Shown here one piece after another: positions 13,031 to 26,000 of a DNA stretch of 64,000 nt. Each line of letters starts with the position of its first letter. The stretch's first letter is position 1. The stretch comes from Callorhinchus milii (taxonomy: Eukaryota): NCBI RefSeq assembly GCF_018977255.1, contig NW_024704742.1, forward strand, positions 133,612,001 to 133,676,000. Reading direction: 5' to 3'. The notes beneath the pieces are model-generated. The model ran no database searches. It was not told the origin of the DNA and saw nothing but the letters and a program-made list of their open reading frames with translations. The position numbers and the translations under genes are program-made.

Positions 13031-14221
13031 CAACAACAACAACTTGGATTTATATAGCGCCCTTCATGCCGGACGGTGTCTCAGAGCGCTTCACAGTAAC
13101 AGATCCCAGGACCGAGTCAGGGGGAGGGGGAGGAAGGTGACCAAAGACGAGGTCGAAAAGAAAGGCCTCAGCAGAGATCTGAAAATGGGAAGGGAGGGGC
13201 GAGGCGAAGGGACTGAGGAAGGCAGTTCCAGAGCCTCGGGGCATAGTGGCTGAAGGCATGGCCGCTGAGGGCGGAGTGGAGGACTCGGCGGACAAGGAGG
13301 AGTCCAGACCCGGAGGAACAAAGGCAACAGGTGCTGTTTTGAGGAGAGAGGAGGTCAGAGAGGTAGGGGGGATGCAGAGGAGTGGAGAAATTTGAATACA
13401 AGGGTGAGGATCTTGAAGTCGATCCTCTCTGGGACAGGCAGCCAGTGCAGTCTGGCAAGGACTGGGATAATCAGGCTGTGGAGTTTGGTGCGGGTGAGAA
13501 TGCGGGTGGCAGAGTTTGGTATAATCTGGATTTTATGGATGGTAGTGGAGGGGAGGCCGGCGAGGAGGGCATTAGACTAGTCCAGCCGAGAGGTGACAAA
13601 AGCATGGACCAGGATTTCAGCAGCTTTCGTAGAGAGGTATTGGTGGAGACAGGCGATGTGTCGGAGGTGGAAGAAAGCGTTGCTGGTGAGGGATGTGGGG
13701 GAAGATGGATAATTGGGGGTCGAACCTGATGCCTAGGTTGCGTACGGGTTCGGAGAGTTTTAGGGGGAGGTCGGGTACATGGAAGGGGTGAGAGCTGTGA
13801 GATTTTAGACGTTGATGAGAGCCAAAGAGTATGGCTTCTGTCTTGTCAACGTTCAGCTAAAGGAAATTTGCGCTCATCCAGCCCCTGAGAACTAACAGGC
13901 AGGCTGACAGAACATCAGGGGACTGGGGGGCTCGCAAAGAGAGGTGGAAAAATAGAATTGGGTGTCGTCCGCATACATGTGGAAATGTACCACATGTCTA
14001 CGGATGACATCCCCAAGAGGGAGCATGTAGATCAGAAAGAGGAGGGGGCCAAGGATGGATCCTTAGGGTACCTCGCAGGTAACCGGGTGAGAGCGGGAGG
14101 AGAAGCCGTTTGTGCAGATGTACTGCTGGCGGTTTGCGAGGTAGGACTCGAACCAGGCGAGTGCGGTCCCACTGAGGTGGATGACGGAGGAAAGGCAGTG
14201 GAGGAGGATGGCGTGATCGCC
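13031..14221 (-). mobile_element. L2-clade LINE (type B), 5'-truncated, inside the DNA transposon
   Basis: Reverse complement closely matches 4790-6260; MYADDTQ intact near 13960-13980; (CAA)n tail at 13031; probable TSD ACATA (13026-13030 / 14222-14226). Confidence 0.9.
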
Positions 14222-16821
14222 ACATAGACAATCGCACCCACAAGCGCACGGAGAATCACAACAGCAGAGCCTCCGAGTGAAGCCCATTTGCCGCGTGCGC
14301 CGCCCCATGCATGTGCATCTGGCGCAGTTCCACCCACGTCAGCTAAACAGCCGGGAGACCCGCGGGCTGGAAACTACATTCATAAGCGGGTTTGTAGCTG
14401 GACCGAGGTTTGTGGCGGATTCCGCCCTTTTCTATTGGCCCAGCTCATGGCTCATCCACAGCTCGAAGGAGTCCTCGGTAGGCAGGTAATTACCAGTCGG
14501 TCATTTGACATCTAACTAGCACATGATTGAGCAGACACTTGGCAGATAGTTGGTACCAGAAATTCCTTGAGAACTTCCTTGTGAGCCACACAGCTCTGCA
14601 TGAAATGCTCTCACACATCCTGTGGCCCAGCTCAGACACCCCTCTTTTCCAATCGAGCGATGATTCCACCAGTTGGAGTTGTGGAGCTTGACGGTAGCAG
14701 GGCTCTTTCCAACATATAATAATAATAATGATAATAATCCTTGCATTTGCTATAGCGCTTTATCACATCTTTGAGACGTCTCAAAGCGCTTCACAGAATA
14801 TAATAATAATAATAATTCCTCTTGCATTTGATAGAGTGCCTTATCACATCGTCGAGACATCTCAAAGTTCTTCACAGGATATACTGTAAAATGTAGTGAC
14901 TGTGTATTTTGTGGGCAAAACGCAGCACCGATTGCACACAACAGTGTCCCACAAACAGTCATGGATTGCACCTAATATTCCAGGATTAGGTAAACAGGGT
15001 CCATCCCTCTGTGGGGAGAGTGCACATTACATTCCAAGTACAAAAATATGCAATGTGTAGGTCGCATACATATGTGGAATCTTTTCTCTGGTTTGGATGC
15101 TATTAAGCACGATGATGGGTTTCTGCATGTGTAAAACATCGGGCTGACCAAAAAGAAAAATTCTTAACAAGAAAAAAGACGTTGGATTGCCAAAGAATAA
15201 AATCTATAGAGACCTTGCTCGCTATTTATTTTCAGGTAGCGTCTTTGAAATGATTAGCTCCAGCATGCTGCAACTGGCAAAATAAAGCAAATCAGATCCT
15301 AAACCTAGCATGGCTCAGTTCTCTGCCAGTTCACTAGCTGTAGACACACGTCAGGACCTGAGCTGGAGTTCTTGGCCTGCACTCCATCGGAGATACTTGG
15401 GTGTCGCCGTTTGGATCAAACATTGAACCCAGGTCCTGTCTGATCTTCGGATAGCATGACACAATTGGAAAAGAGAGGGGAGTTTCTCTGGTGTCTTGGC
15501 CAAAAATCCTCCAGGTAAAATTGTCTGTTAATCTCATGAATATTTGTGGGATTTTTTTTCGTGCGAAAGGCTGCTTTATTTGCAGTCAATCAGGTGATGA
15601 GATCATAATCTTGTACTTACACTTATATATTGGTCATTTATTTTCCCAGCTGTCAGTGGGATGTTGTTGTGCACTATTGGTTGCCACATTTGCACACAAA
15701 ACACACATTCACTGCACTTTACAATATATCCTGTCTAAAGACCTTCCTTTTTGATCGTGCTTACGGTCACCTCCCCCTCCCTCCCTCCCTGGCTCGTTGC
15801 CAGACTCCGTGGATGCTACCCCGTATAAAGGGTACTATATAAATGCAATTTGTTGTTGTTGTATATGCTGCGAATCCTTGTTGGGACTTCCTCCCGACTT
15901 GAAAAGGCGCAGTATCAAATTCAAGGATTCTTATTATTATATAGCACATTTAAGTTGGATTGATGTTTCAGAGTGTGTCTTGACAGTTCTTCACTGTAAA
16001 GCCCGTTGAGGGATAAGGTACTAGATTTTATTTGCACATACTAAAGTTTACAGGTAGATTGTTCTGTCACAAAGCATCTAAATGAACGAGCACATTATAA
16101 CTGAATGACAGTGTAGATCACAGCAGGCTGTTTCAACCTGTCCAGAATAGTAGAACCAGAGGACACGGCCTGCGATTGAAGTGGTGTAAATTCAGAACGA
16201 ATCTACACAAACACTACTTTAGTGTGGAAGGAGCTCCCTAGGGAGACGGTTGAAGCAGCAAGTGTTGATTCTTTCAAACACAGATTAGATACTATTCTTT
16301 TAGGGACTAACATTATGGGATACAGTACATAGGTAGTTTGGGACATATGTACATGTGACTGCCAGGAATGCGGAAGGTGAACTGATGGACCTTGTTTTTT
16401 AGGTGAGAGTGCTACTGAATGAGTCGCCGATAAAGCCAGGTTGACACCATTCAATGTTTAACCACTTTAATGATAAGAATTAATTGGAAATCCAGAGAAA
16501 CTGGCAACCCAAACACGAATGAGACACCTCCGATAATGTAGCATACCTCCAGCACTATACAAGATTCATTCTTGATTCGAGTTCAAAGGCTTGACGTGGG
16601 GCTTGAACCTACGATCTTCTGACTCCAAAGGCGAGACTGCTTCCAACCGAACATCAGTACATCCTGTCTTAGGTGTGAGGTTCCCACTAGTCGGTATAAT
16701 GTGAGAGGTGAATGTCCAGTCACCAATCGGGATTTCTTAATTAAGAAATGTGTCAAGAAATACTGCAAAATTCCAGCATGTTATCCATGAACTTGTGTTT
16801 TTGCCTCCACTCTCTGCCTAG

Positions 16822-17018
16822 ACTCTACCAGCAGTGTCCTGGAACAAGAGAGACAGAGAGAGAAATGGGAAGAGACCCGGAGAAAAGAACACACTATCTC
16901 CCAGCGGTCAGTCAGCAAAGAGCGATGGGTGGAAACCTTGGTAGTGGCGGACACCAAGATGATTGAATACCACGGCAGGGAAAACGTGGAATCGTACATT
17001 TTTACCATAATAAATATG
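16822..17018 (+). CDS. adamts12: Exon (~exon 4, 197 nt): prodomain end and start of catalytic domain, [66 protein letters not shown]
   Basis: ctctctgcctag acceptor; ATG|gtgagt donor; phase 1 to 0; conserved WVETLVVAD. Confidence 0.95.
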
Positions 17019-20000
17019 GTGAGTCCAATTCACTTTTATGGTGAAAAATAAATAGCATTAAAGCGATCAAGATGTCCTGCAGCTGTAAAAAGCATTATAT
17101 AAATGTAAAATTGTAAAAATTCTATGAATGTATATCACCTACACAAGGATATTACTGTTTCTGGAATTTATTTTTGTCAGCTGAGTGTTTGGCACATGTG
17201 GAAACCCATCACCATGCTTAAGAGTATCCAAATCAAACTAAGAATTCCATGCATCCCATCTACACATGGAAATCCCAGAGCCCAGAGATAGTTTATTAGA
17301 ATGGAATATGCACTCTTTCCTGGAGAGATGCATCCTGCTTACCTAATTCCAGAAACTATTAGGCGAGGGTTGACAAGAGCCAAGGCTTGGGGACCCCAGA
17401 GTTTGCATTGGAGTAACTGCTATGGTCTAACCAGCTGAAACCACACAGCTTATCATTGTGAGCACTGTATGGCAAGTTTTCCCACTGCTTGTCCAAGAAG
17501 GACCACCTACTCATTAGGGCTTTGGCTTGCAGCATTAACAGGAGCTGAGTGGAAAGAATCCATGGTCTTTGAAAGGTTCAGATGTGTCAGATATGTAGCT
17601 GACCAAAAACAGCTTGCTGTATGCTTCTTACCCCTACCCCCTCCCTATGTTAATTAGCACAAGGAATGAAAGCGTGGTATAAGCAGATTCAATAGTAACT
17701 TTCCAAAAGGAATTGGATATGTACTTGAAAAGGAAAAATTTGCAAGACTATTTGGTAAGATTGAGGAATGGGACTCGTTGGTAGCTCTTTCAAAGAATCC
17801 GCACAGGCACAATGGGCCAAATGGCCTCTTTCTGTGCTAAAAAGTTGTACGATTCTATGAATGGGTTAAGAAAGTGTGTGTTTCTGTGTGTTTTACCCTT
17901 GAATCTCTTCTCTGTCAAAGGGTATGCATAAAAGATATTCCTTTATTCACTCTTAAGAGAGCCGATGAAGCCAGATGAAATGTTGACTTGAAAGGAACAT
18001 CTGGCCTTTATCTTTATATATGAGCTGAATTCCGTCCCCTTAATGAGTGTGTGGTGCATGATTGAATGTGTTTCATGCTGCAGCGCTAATTAAAAGCACA
18101 CAGAAAAGTTCAGTGCTTTAATCATCTTCTCTTGATCGGAGCCCAAGCTTCTTCCTTGCCACTTAACGTGGATTCAGGATAAACCGCATTCTGCACTTAT
18201 TTTAGACAATTTTTTTTGCAGCGAGCATAATAATAATAATAATAATCCTTGCATTTGATGCAGCACCTTATCACGTCATCAAGATGTCTCAAAGCGTTTC
18301 ACCGAATATACTATAAAGTGTGTTTTGTGGGTGAAATGCGGCAGCCAATTGCACACAGCAGTGTCCCATAAATATGTTGTGTATTGAGTGACTACATTAT
18401 TATTATTATTATTATTTTGGAGGAGTTTCAGGATAATAAGAAGCAGAGGTCTTGAGCATAGAAGGAGTCACTACTGTTACCACTCTAAGTTTATATCAGT
18501 CTCCTTGCAGCTATTTGCCTATATTCCTTAATGTTATTGCTTCTCAGTTCCCTTTTGAACTGTTCTATTGATCCGGCCTCAATAACCACTTGCGGTAATG
18601 AATCCTGCACCATGCGAATTTTACGGGAAAGCTTCTTCTAACCTCTCCTCTGATTTTTCTACTGATGGTCGTGAAACTCTTTCCTGCTCCCTCCCTATCC
18701 ATCACTGATTCTTCAACTAAAGTAATTGCTTTTTCCCATTTCTCTTGCCGTACCGCTTCAGAATATTAAAGACTTCTGTCACAGCCCCTCTCAATTTCCT
18801 CTGTTCCAGTAAAAAATGTCCCATTTTAGCCAGCCTCTCTTCATACCTATGTTAGCTCATACCTTGGTATCATCTTCGCTGCACTCTCTCCATTTCTATG
18901 ACAGATGTTTCCTTCATCTCTTAGCTGATTACAAGGCTCTTTGAGCATTACTTTTCGTGCTGACTCTGACTTTGACAACGGACCAATTTGAAACCAATTT
19001 TGTAAAGAGTCTGCAAGAGGTACAAGGGAAGTAGACTGTCTTCTTTAGGGATATACAGTGTGCATTACTACCACTCAGCAACTTTGAGATTGCAGATGTG
19101 GATAGAAGCTTAAACATGGGAATTAGTCTATTGAATAGGATTGGAAAATAAATTGTTTCTCATCTCATGTGTTCCAAATCCAGTGCAGTCAATAACAATA
19201 ATAAAATTACATTTATATATCGCCTTTCGAGTCAGAAAAACGCCCCGAAGCCCTGAACAGTCAAGAATTTGCACCCAGCTGGGGATTGGAATCAAAAGGG
19301 GTGAAGGGTACAACAACAAAAACAACTTGCACTTATATAGCACCCTCCACACTGGGTAGCGTCTCAGAGCGCATAATGGTGGCGGAGCCTGACTTCGAGC
19401 TAGTGGGGGAGGGGAGGCGGCCGTATGCACAGTCAAAGAGCAAAGTTTTCATGCAGGAGTTAAAAGAGGTAAGAGAGGGGGCAAGGCAGAGGGATTGAGG
19501 GAGAGTGCTCCAGGGTTTTGGGGCGAAGTGGCTGAAAGTGTGACCTCTAATAATAATAATCCTTGCATTTGATATAGCGCTTTTCACGTCGGGAGGACGT
19601 CCCAAAGGGCTTCACAGAACACACTGTAACGTGAATTGACTGTATATTTGTGGGCGAACGCGGCAGCCAATTGCGTACAGCAATGTCCCACAAACAGTCG
19701 TATATTGAAAATGACAATTTATTATTGTTTTTGGTTTTGGAGGGATTATTATTAGGCTCTGTGTGGAGTAAGGAAACTTGCCCAAGGTTTCGCCCTGACC
19801 TGCCTGGAATTGAACTCAGGTCTCTCACTTGCAAAGCGAGTGCTCTAACCACTGAGCTACAGGACTCCATGGTGGGGCGGAGGGTGTGAGGGATGAATAG
19901 GAGGTTAGTTCCAGTCGAGCGGAGGCGCCGGGTTGTGGACTGGGGAGTGAGGAGCTCGGAGAAGTAGGGAGGTGCCAGGGATTGAATGTATTTGAACACG

Positions 20001-23000
20001 AGGTGAGCATCTTGAAATCGATCCGTTTGGTGATCGGGAGCCAGTCAGCCTGGACCAGAACTGGTGAGATGTTGGCACAGAGTTTGGTCCGGGTCAGTAT
20101 GCGGGCGACAGAGTTTTGGATGAGCTGGATCTTTTGAATGGTGGATCTGGGGAGACCAGCGAGGAATGCGTTGAAGTAATCCAATCAAAAGGTGACAAAC
20201 GTTGCACGAGGCTGCATTTGGGATAAGGTACAGTTGAAGGCGGGCAATGTGGCGGAGGTGGAGGAAGGCGGTCCTGGTGAAGGACCGGATGTGGGGGAGG
20301 AAGGACAGTTGGGGGTCGAACCGGACGCCTAGGTTGCGCACTGGTTCGGTGACTCTGAGGGAGAGTCCAGGGAGGTTGAGGAGATTTAGATCCGCAGGAG
20401 TGAAGATGTTTATGGGGGCCATGCAGGGGCTTGAGGAGGGAGTGGAGAGAGAGGTGTGACCAAAGTTGACCTGCAACAATGAGTTCCAGGACTTTGGCAA
20501 TGAAAGGTAAGTTGGAGATAGGACAGTAGCATGAGGGACTAGAGGGATCGAGGGTGGTTTTTTNGAGGAGGGGTGTGATGACAGCGGTTTTCAGGGGGAG
20601 TGGAACAGAGCCTAAGGAGAAAGACTGGTCGACCATGTTGGCCAGCAGGAGGGAGAGAAGAGAGAGTTGAGTGACCAGCAGCTGGGTGGGGAGGGTGTTG
20701 AGGCACCAGTTGATGAACTTCATCTGGATGAATGTGGTTGGGTGGGAGAAATGGGTGCAAAGGAGTGTACCCCTTGTACCCAAAGGAGTCTCCCGGCTCC
20801 GACACTGTCTCACACCGCAGGACGCCAAAATTCTCATGCATGCCTTCATTACATCGAGGCTCGACTGTACAAACTCACTGCTTATCGGCCTCCCCAACTC
20901 TTCCCTCCACAGGCTGCAGATCATCCAGAACTCTGCAGCCCGTGTCCTCTCCTGCACTAGACTCCGTGACCCTATCATCCCATCCTTGCCCAACTCCACT
21001 GGCTTTCCATCACAAAGAGGATACATTTCAAGATCCTGGTCCTCACCTTCAAAGCCCTATATAGTCTTGCTCCCCCCTACCTTACCGACCTCCTAACCCC
21101 CTACCATCCTGTTCGAATCCTCCGCTCAGCGGGCTCTGGCCTACTTCATGTCCCCACCTTGCTCGCCCTACTATCGGCGGGCAGGCCTTCCGCCACTGTG
21201 CCCCCACACTCTGTAACTCTATCCCATAGTCCCTCCATCTCAGACCTCTTCACACTTGGTGTTTGATGTGAGGATAGAGGGGGCTTGAAGGGATGCACGG
21301 AGGAGGTGATGGACGGTGGAAAACAGCATCTTTGGATTGTTGTTTGCCTCCAAGATGACTTTGGAGTGAAAATCAGTTTTGGCCTGTGAAAGCGAGAGGC
21401 AGTAGGTGCAAAGGTTCTTGAGCCATAGCTGGCAGTGAATTGTGATGCCGGATTTCTGCCATCCTTGCTCAAACATCCTGATTTGTGTTTTGAGTGAGCC
21501 GAGAGAACTGTTGTACCAGGGGGAGCGAGTGGATTTGGAAGCAACCCTGGATTTTAGGGGAGCCGGGAATTGAAGGTTGTGGAAAGACAGTCATTCAGCA
21601 GGTTGATGGCAACATCAGGATTGCTGCAGGACTAGGGGTGGGTGAGAGGTTGGCCGAAAGCGGGGTCAAAGAGGAAAGTCTTGAGACAGGCCTTAAAGGA
21701 GGGGGCGAAGTGGAGAGATGCCAGGATTAAGTTCCAGAGTGGGGGAAGAAACAATTGAAGGCCCTACCTCCGATGCTGGGGTGGGCAGAGTGGGGGCAAC
21801 GTACAGGCCAGTGCCCGCTCAGTGGAAGGAGCGGGCAGGTTGGTAGTGGTGTTAATAGGTCACAGAGGAAGTGGAGACCGTGGAGAGCTTTAAAAGTGAA
21901 GATGAGGATTTTAAACTCGATCCTCGTGAGGATTGGGGAGCCATTGGGGCCGGGCAATGATTGGGGTGATCGGTTCATGGAGCCTGGTACGGGAGGGCAC
22001 ACAAGCTGCAGAGTTCGAAATAATCTGCAGTTGGGAAGTCTGGCGAGCAGGGAGTTATCATCATGCAATGGGGAAGCACTGCATTGTCGAGGGTGCTGTC
22101 CTTTGCTTGAGACATTAAACCTATGTCCTCTGTTCGAGAGGGTTTTGAAGATGCTATGGCACTATTCATAAAGATAAGGGAATTTTTTCTGATGACCCCA
22201 ATAACAATCCCCCAGAAAAGGTCATTCACTTCATGGCTGTTTGTGGGTTCTGACCATAATTGGCAAACAGTCACTACTCTTAATAGTAAATCCCTGTGAA
22301 GGGCTTTGAGACAGTTCAACATTCCAACATCAACAATTTGCATTTATCTAGCACCCTTCACACGGGGTAGTCTCGGAGCTCTGTATAAATGCAAGGATTA
22401 TTATTATTATTCGGCTTAACTGGAAATTAGTAAAAAAAAAGGACTCATTTTGGTAGTGTAAAATGCTGTAAGATAATGATATCAATGCTCATATTTGATA
22501 TAGTGCCTTTCAAGTCGGGACAACATATCAAAGCACTTCACAAGATATACTGTAAAGTGTCAGCACTGGGTAATTTTTTTAATAAGGTGGTGCCCAATAG
22601 TTGTTTCCTCTTTGAGAGATTTGCAATATAACTTGGCAATGTTAATGTTTAAAATATGTTAATGCTTTATGAAGCGTGGTATAATTTCAGGGCATAAGTA
22701 TCCAGGAAGTAATAGCCGATGAAACATTGGAATGAAGGATTCTAAGTAAAGTGTTTGAAACACAGTAAGAGGCTGGTTTGATTGAATTATATCAAGTCTC
22801 GATGAAATGGTAATTTTAAATGATTTGATACTTGCGACTTCAAACAGCTCTGTGATTTCTGAATTAATAACAATTTTTATTGCCAAGTGAGAAAGGAATG
22901 GGTCTAAAGGTTTTTTTAGAAAATAAATTGGAAACGTCCTCAGAAAAATGAATCAAACCTTTTACAAATGAAACATTTCTGGCCATGAAATTGTAATGCG

Positions 23001-26000
23001 TTTCTTTTGTAACGGCGTGTAAAACGACGCGATTGTGGGACCTTTAGGGAACAACCGAGAATTATTTATCATTAATTTAATAATAATCCTTTGATGTTGC
23101 ATATTTTCTGCCGGGTGTGGGTGTGGGGGGCGGAGATTTACAGGATTTTTTACTGTAAAGTGCAATGACTGTCCATTTTGTGTGAAACGTGGCAGCCAAT
23201 ATGAGCCACAAACAGCTATGCAATGAGTGACTAATTTTATTTGGGGGATTGTTGACCAGGGATCTTGGAGAAATGCCTTCTCTTTCTTTTGAAATAATGC
23301 TATGGGATCTATAACGTCCATCTGAACAGGCAAATGGGATTCAGAGTTGCAAAAGGTAATATTGCCGGAGTCCTGGAGTGTAGTGGTTCGTGAGCTTGCC
23401 TCGCAAACAAGAGGACGTGGGTTTGATTCTCGGCGGGGCCTTTCCTTCCTCCACACGCATCTGTTTACTTAGCAGTAAGCAGGAACCTGGTTGTTATTCG
23501 ATTGGCAGATTGCTTTCCAGGGGTAATAATCTCTCCTAAAAACAACAAACAAAGCACTTTGGACACTCAATCCACGAGTGTTTGTGGGACACTGCTGTGC
23601 GCAATTGACTGCCGCGTTTCATCCGCAAAATATACAGTAAATCCACTTGACAATATATTCTGCGAAGCGCTTTGAGATGTCTGTACGACGCAATAAAGCG
23701 CTATATCAAATGCAAGGATTGTTATTATTCTTCTCATTTCAGGAACAAATACCAGGAATATTTTTATTACTCAGAGGGTAATTAACAACTAGAGCATGTT
23801 GGTAGGAAGGGTGGTTGAGGCAAGGACACGTGGACTCATTTAAACAGCAGCTTGCTACTGTGATGGGAGGGCAGTCGGGTGGGTGGTCTGGAGGGATGAA
23901 ATCAGTTTTCGTCCTTGGGATGAGATGTCAAACCGAGTCTGCCTATTCAGTGAACGTTGAGGATCCCATGGTATTATTCAAAAAAGAGAAGGGATATTGT
24001 CAACCCTCCACCCAGATATAATTGATCATCAGCATTGCTGCAATTTGCTGTTGTGTTGGCCTACACAACACTCAGTCACTACACTTTAAAGCAAATGCCA
24101 CGCAGCACTTTGAGATGATATGGAGCAGACCAGAGCCCGCTGAATGGAGGGAGCGGGCAGGTTGGTAGGGAGTTAGCAGGTCAGAGAGGTAGGAGGGGGT
24201 AAGGCCATGGATGGCCTTAAAAGTGAGGACGAGGATCTTGAACTCGATTCTCTGGGGGATGGGGAGCCAGTGGAGTCGGGCGAGGGTGGCAATGATGGAG
24301 TCACGGAGCCTGGTGCGTGAGAGTACACGAACTGCAGAGTTTGCTTGTGAAGGGAAGAGTTGGGAAGGCTGATGAGGAGGGAGTTTCCATAATTTTGGAA
24401 TTTTGGGAGTTTCCCATAAGTTTCGTGGAGTCCTGTAGCTCAGTGGTTAGAGCACTCGCTTTGCAAGTGAGAGACCTGAGTTCAGTTCCAGGCAGAGGGC
24501 GAAACCTTGGGGTTTTCCTTACTCCACACACCTAATAATAATCCCTCCAAAAAACAAAAACAATAATAAATTGGTCATTTTCAATCTACGACTGTTTGTG
24601 GGACATTGCTGTGCGCAATTGGCTGCCGCGTTCGCCCACAAATATACAGTCAATTCACTTTACAGTGTGTTCTGTGAAGCGCTTTGGGACGTCCTCCCGA
24701 CGTGAAAAGCGCTATATCAAATGCAAGGATTATTATAATCGAGCCTTGATGTGACTAATGCATGGATGAGGATTTCGGCAGCCTGAGGGGTGAGGCAGTG
24801 GTGGAGTCTGTCACTATATCAAATCCATGGAATGGTGTCAGAACCAATGGCATAATTATCTTATTAAATCTGGAAATTAAGAGAATTTAAATATCGGATG
24901 TGTTGACACTTCAAAAAAGGTGTTAATAACCATTACAGTTTTCACGCCGTTAATTGACACAAAGGAAATCTCTTAAAGTTCTTGTTGGACAAGTTGTAAG
25001 TTACTCTTTTGAGAAAAGTTCCTGTTGACACTACACCCTGGAGACATTGCTAACTGTTGCTGTCACACAGCATCTGCCTCGGGGGATAAGCCTTTGAGCT
25101 CTGCTGGTCTGGTGAAACGAAATAATACTACAAATTGTACTTTGTGAAATACGACATCACGCAGAGTGACACATTCGGTCACTTTGATGTGTTGCTGGGA
25201 ATAGCTTCAATGCATTATACATTCACAGCACTTCACAGTTTGACTTCATTCCAGTTTTAGCTTTAATTTTATAATAATCCATAATAATAATACTTGCATT
25301 TGATGTAGCGCCATATCACATCTTCGAGACATCTCAAAGTGCTTCACAGAATATACTACAAAGTGAATTGACCGTACATTTTGTGGGTGAAACGCGACAG
25401 CCAATTGCGCACAGCAAGTGTTCCGTAAATTGTCATGGATTGAGTAACAAAGTTATTATTTTTTTAAGGGATTATTACCCCCGGATAAGCAATCTGCCAA
25501 GTGACTAACACCCTGGTTTCCACTTACTGCTAGGTAAACCGAGTGTGGAGAAGGATGCTTGCCTAAGGTTTCACCCCACCTGGCAATCAAATCTGAGTCC
25601 TTTCACTTGAGAGACAAGCGGTACAGAACCCCACAGTTTTGTTTTCAGCGAGCACTAGCCTTCTTCTTGTGCTTCTTCCCTCCCCCCCACCCTTTAATAC
25701 AACTCGGTGGGCAAGCTTTCAGCATTTTGCCCCCAGTCTCTGAACCTCCATCCAGGAGCGTCTCTTACTTTTTGCTTCAACCACAGCCTCCAGCAGTGGT
25801 TCCACATCCCCTTCATTCGGGGTAGCGTCTCAGGGCGTTTAGAATCAAATTGAACGTTTCTTATAGGTTGCGATCTTGGACAATGTGGAACCCACACTGT
25901 TAAACAGTCTCCAGGGACTGTCTGTGGCAAATGTCAAACTAGGCACATGGAGAGCATCTGGACTACATCAGGTGAGTGTGGATTATGGCCTGAAGACAGA

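Larger units (their letters stand above)
12444..14443. mobile_element. Non-autonomous DNA transposon (8-bp TSD, hAT-like by inference) containing a microsatellite and a nested L2
   Basis: TIRs CTGGGCCAATAGAAAAG(T/G)GCGGAA at 12444-12467 and 14420-14443 (23/24 identical); direct repeat CTCATGGC at 12436-12443 and 14444-14451. Confidence 0.85.

Noticed and set aside
1..16821. Search for upstream ADAMTS exons or a nested gene
   Set aside because: No prodomain-like or other credible spliced coding sequence found; treated as intron. The next downstream exon was likewise not found after 60479.
20564..20564. Single ambiguous base n
   Set aside because: Assembly ambiguity next to a T run within an L2 fragment; no biological meaning.
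24425..24500. tRNA-Ala-like sequences (many copies)
   Set aside because: Each continues into a SINE body and tail, with an imperfect acceptor stem; these are SINE heads, not tRNA genes.
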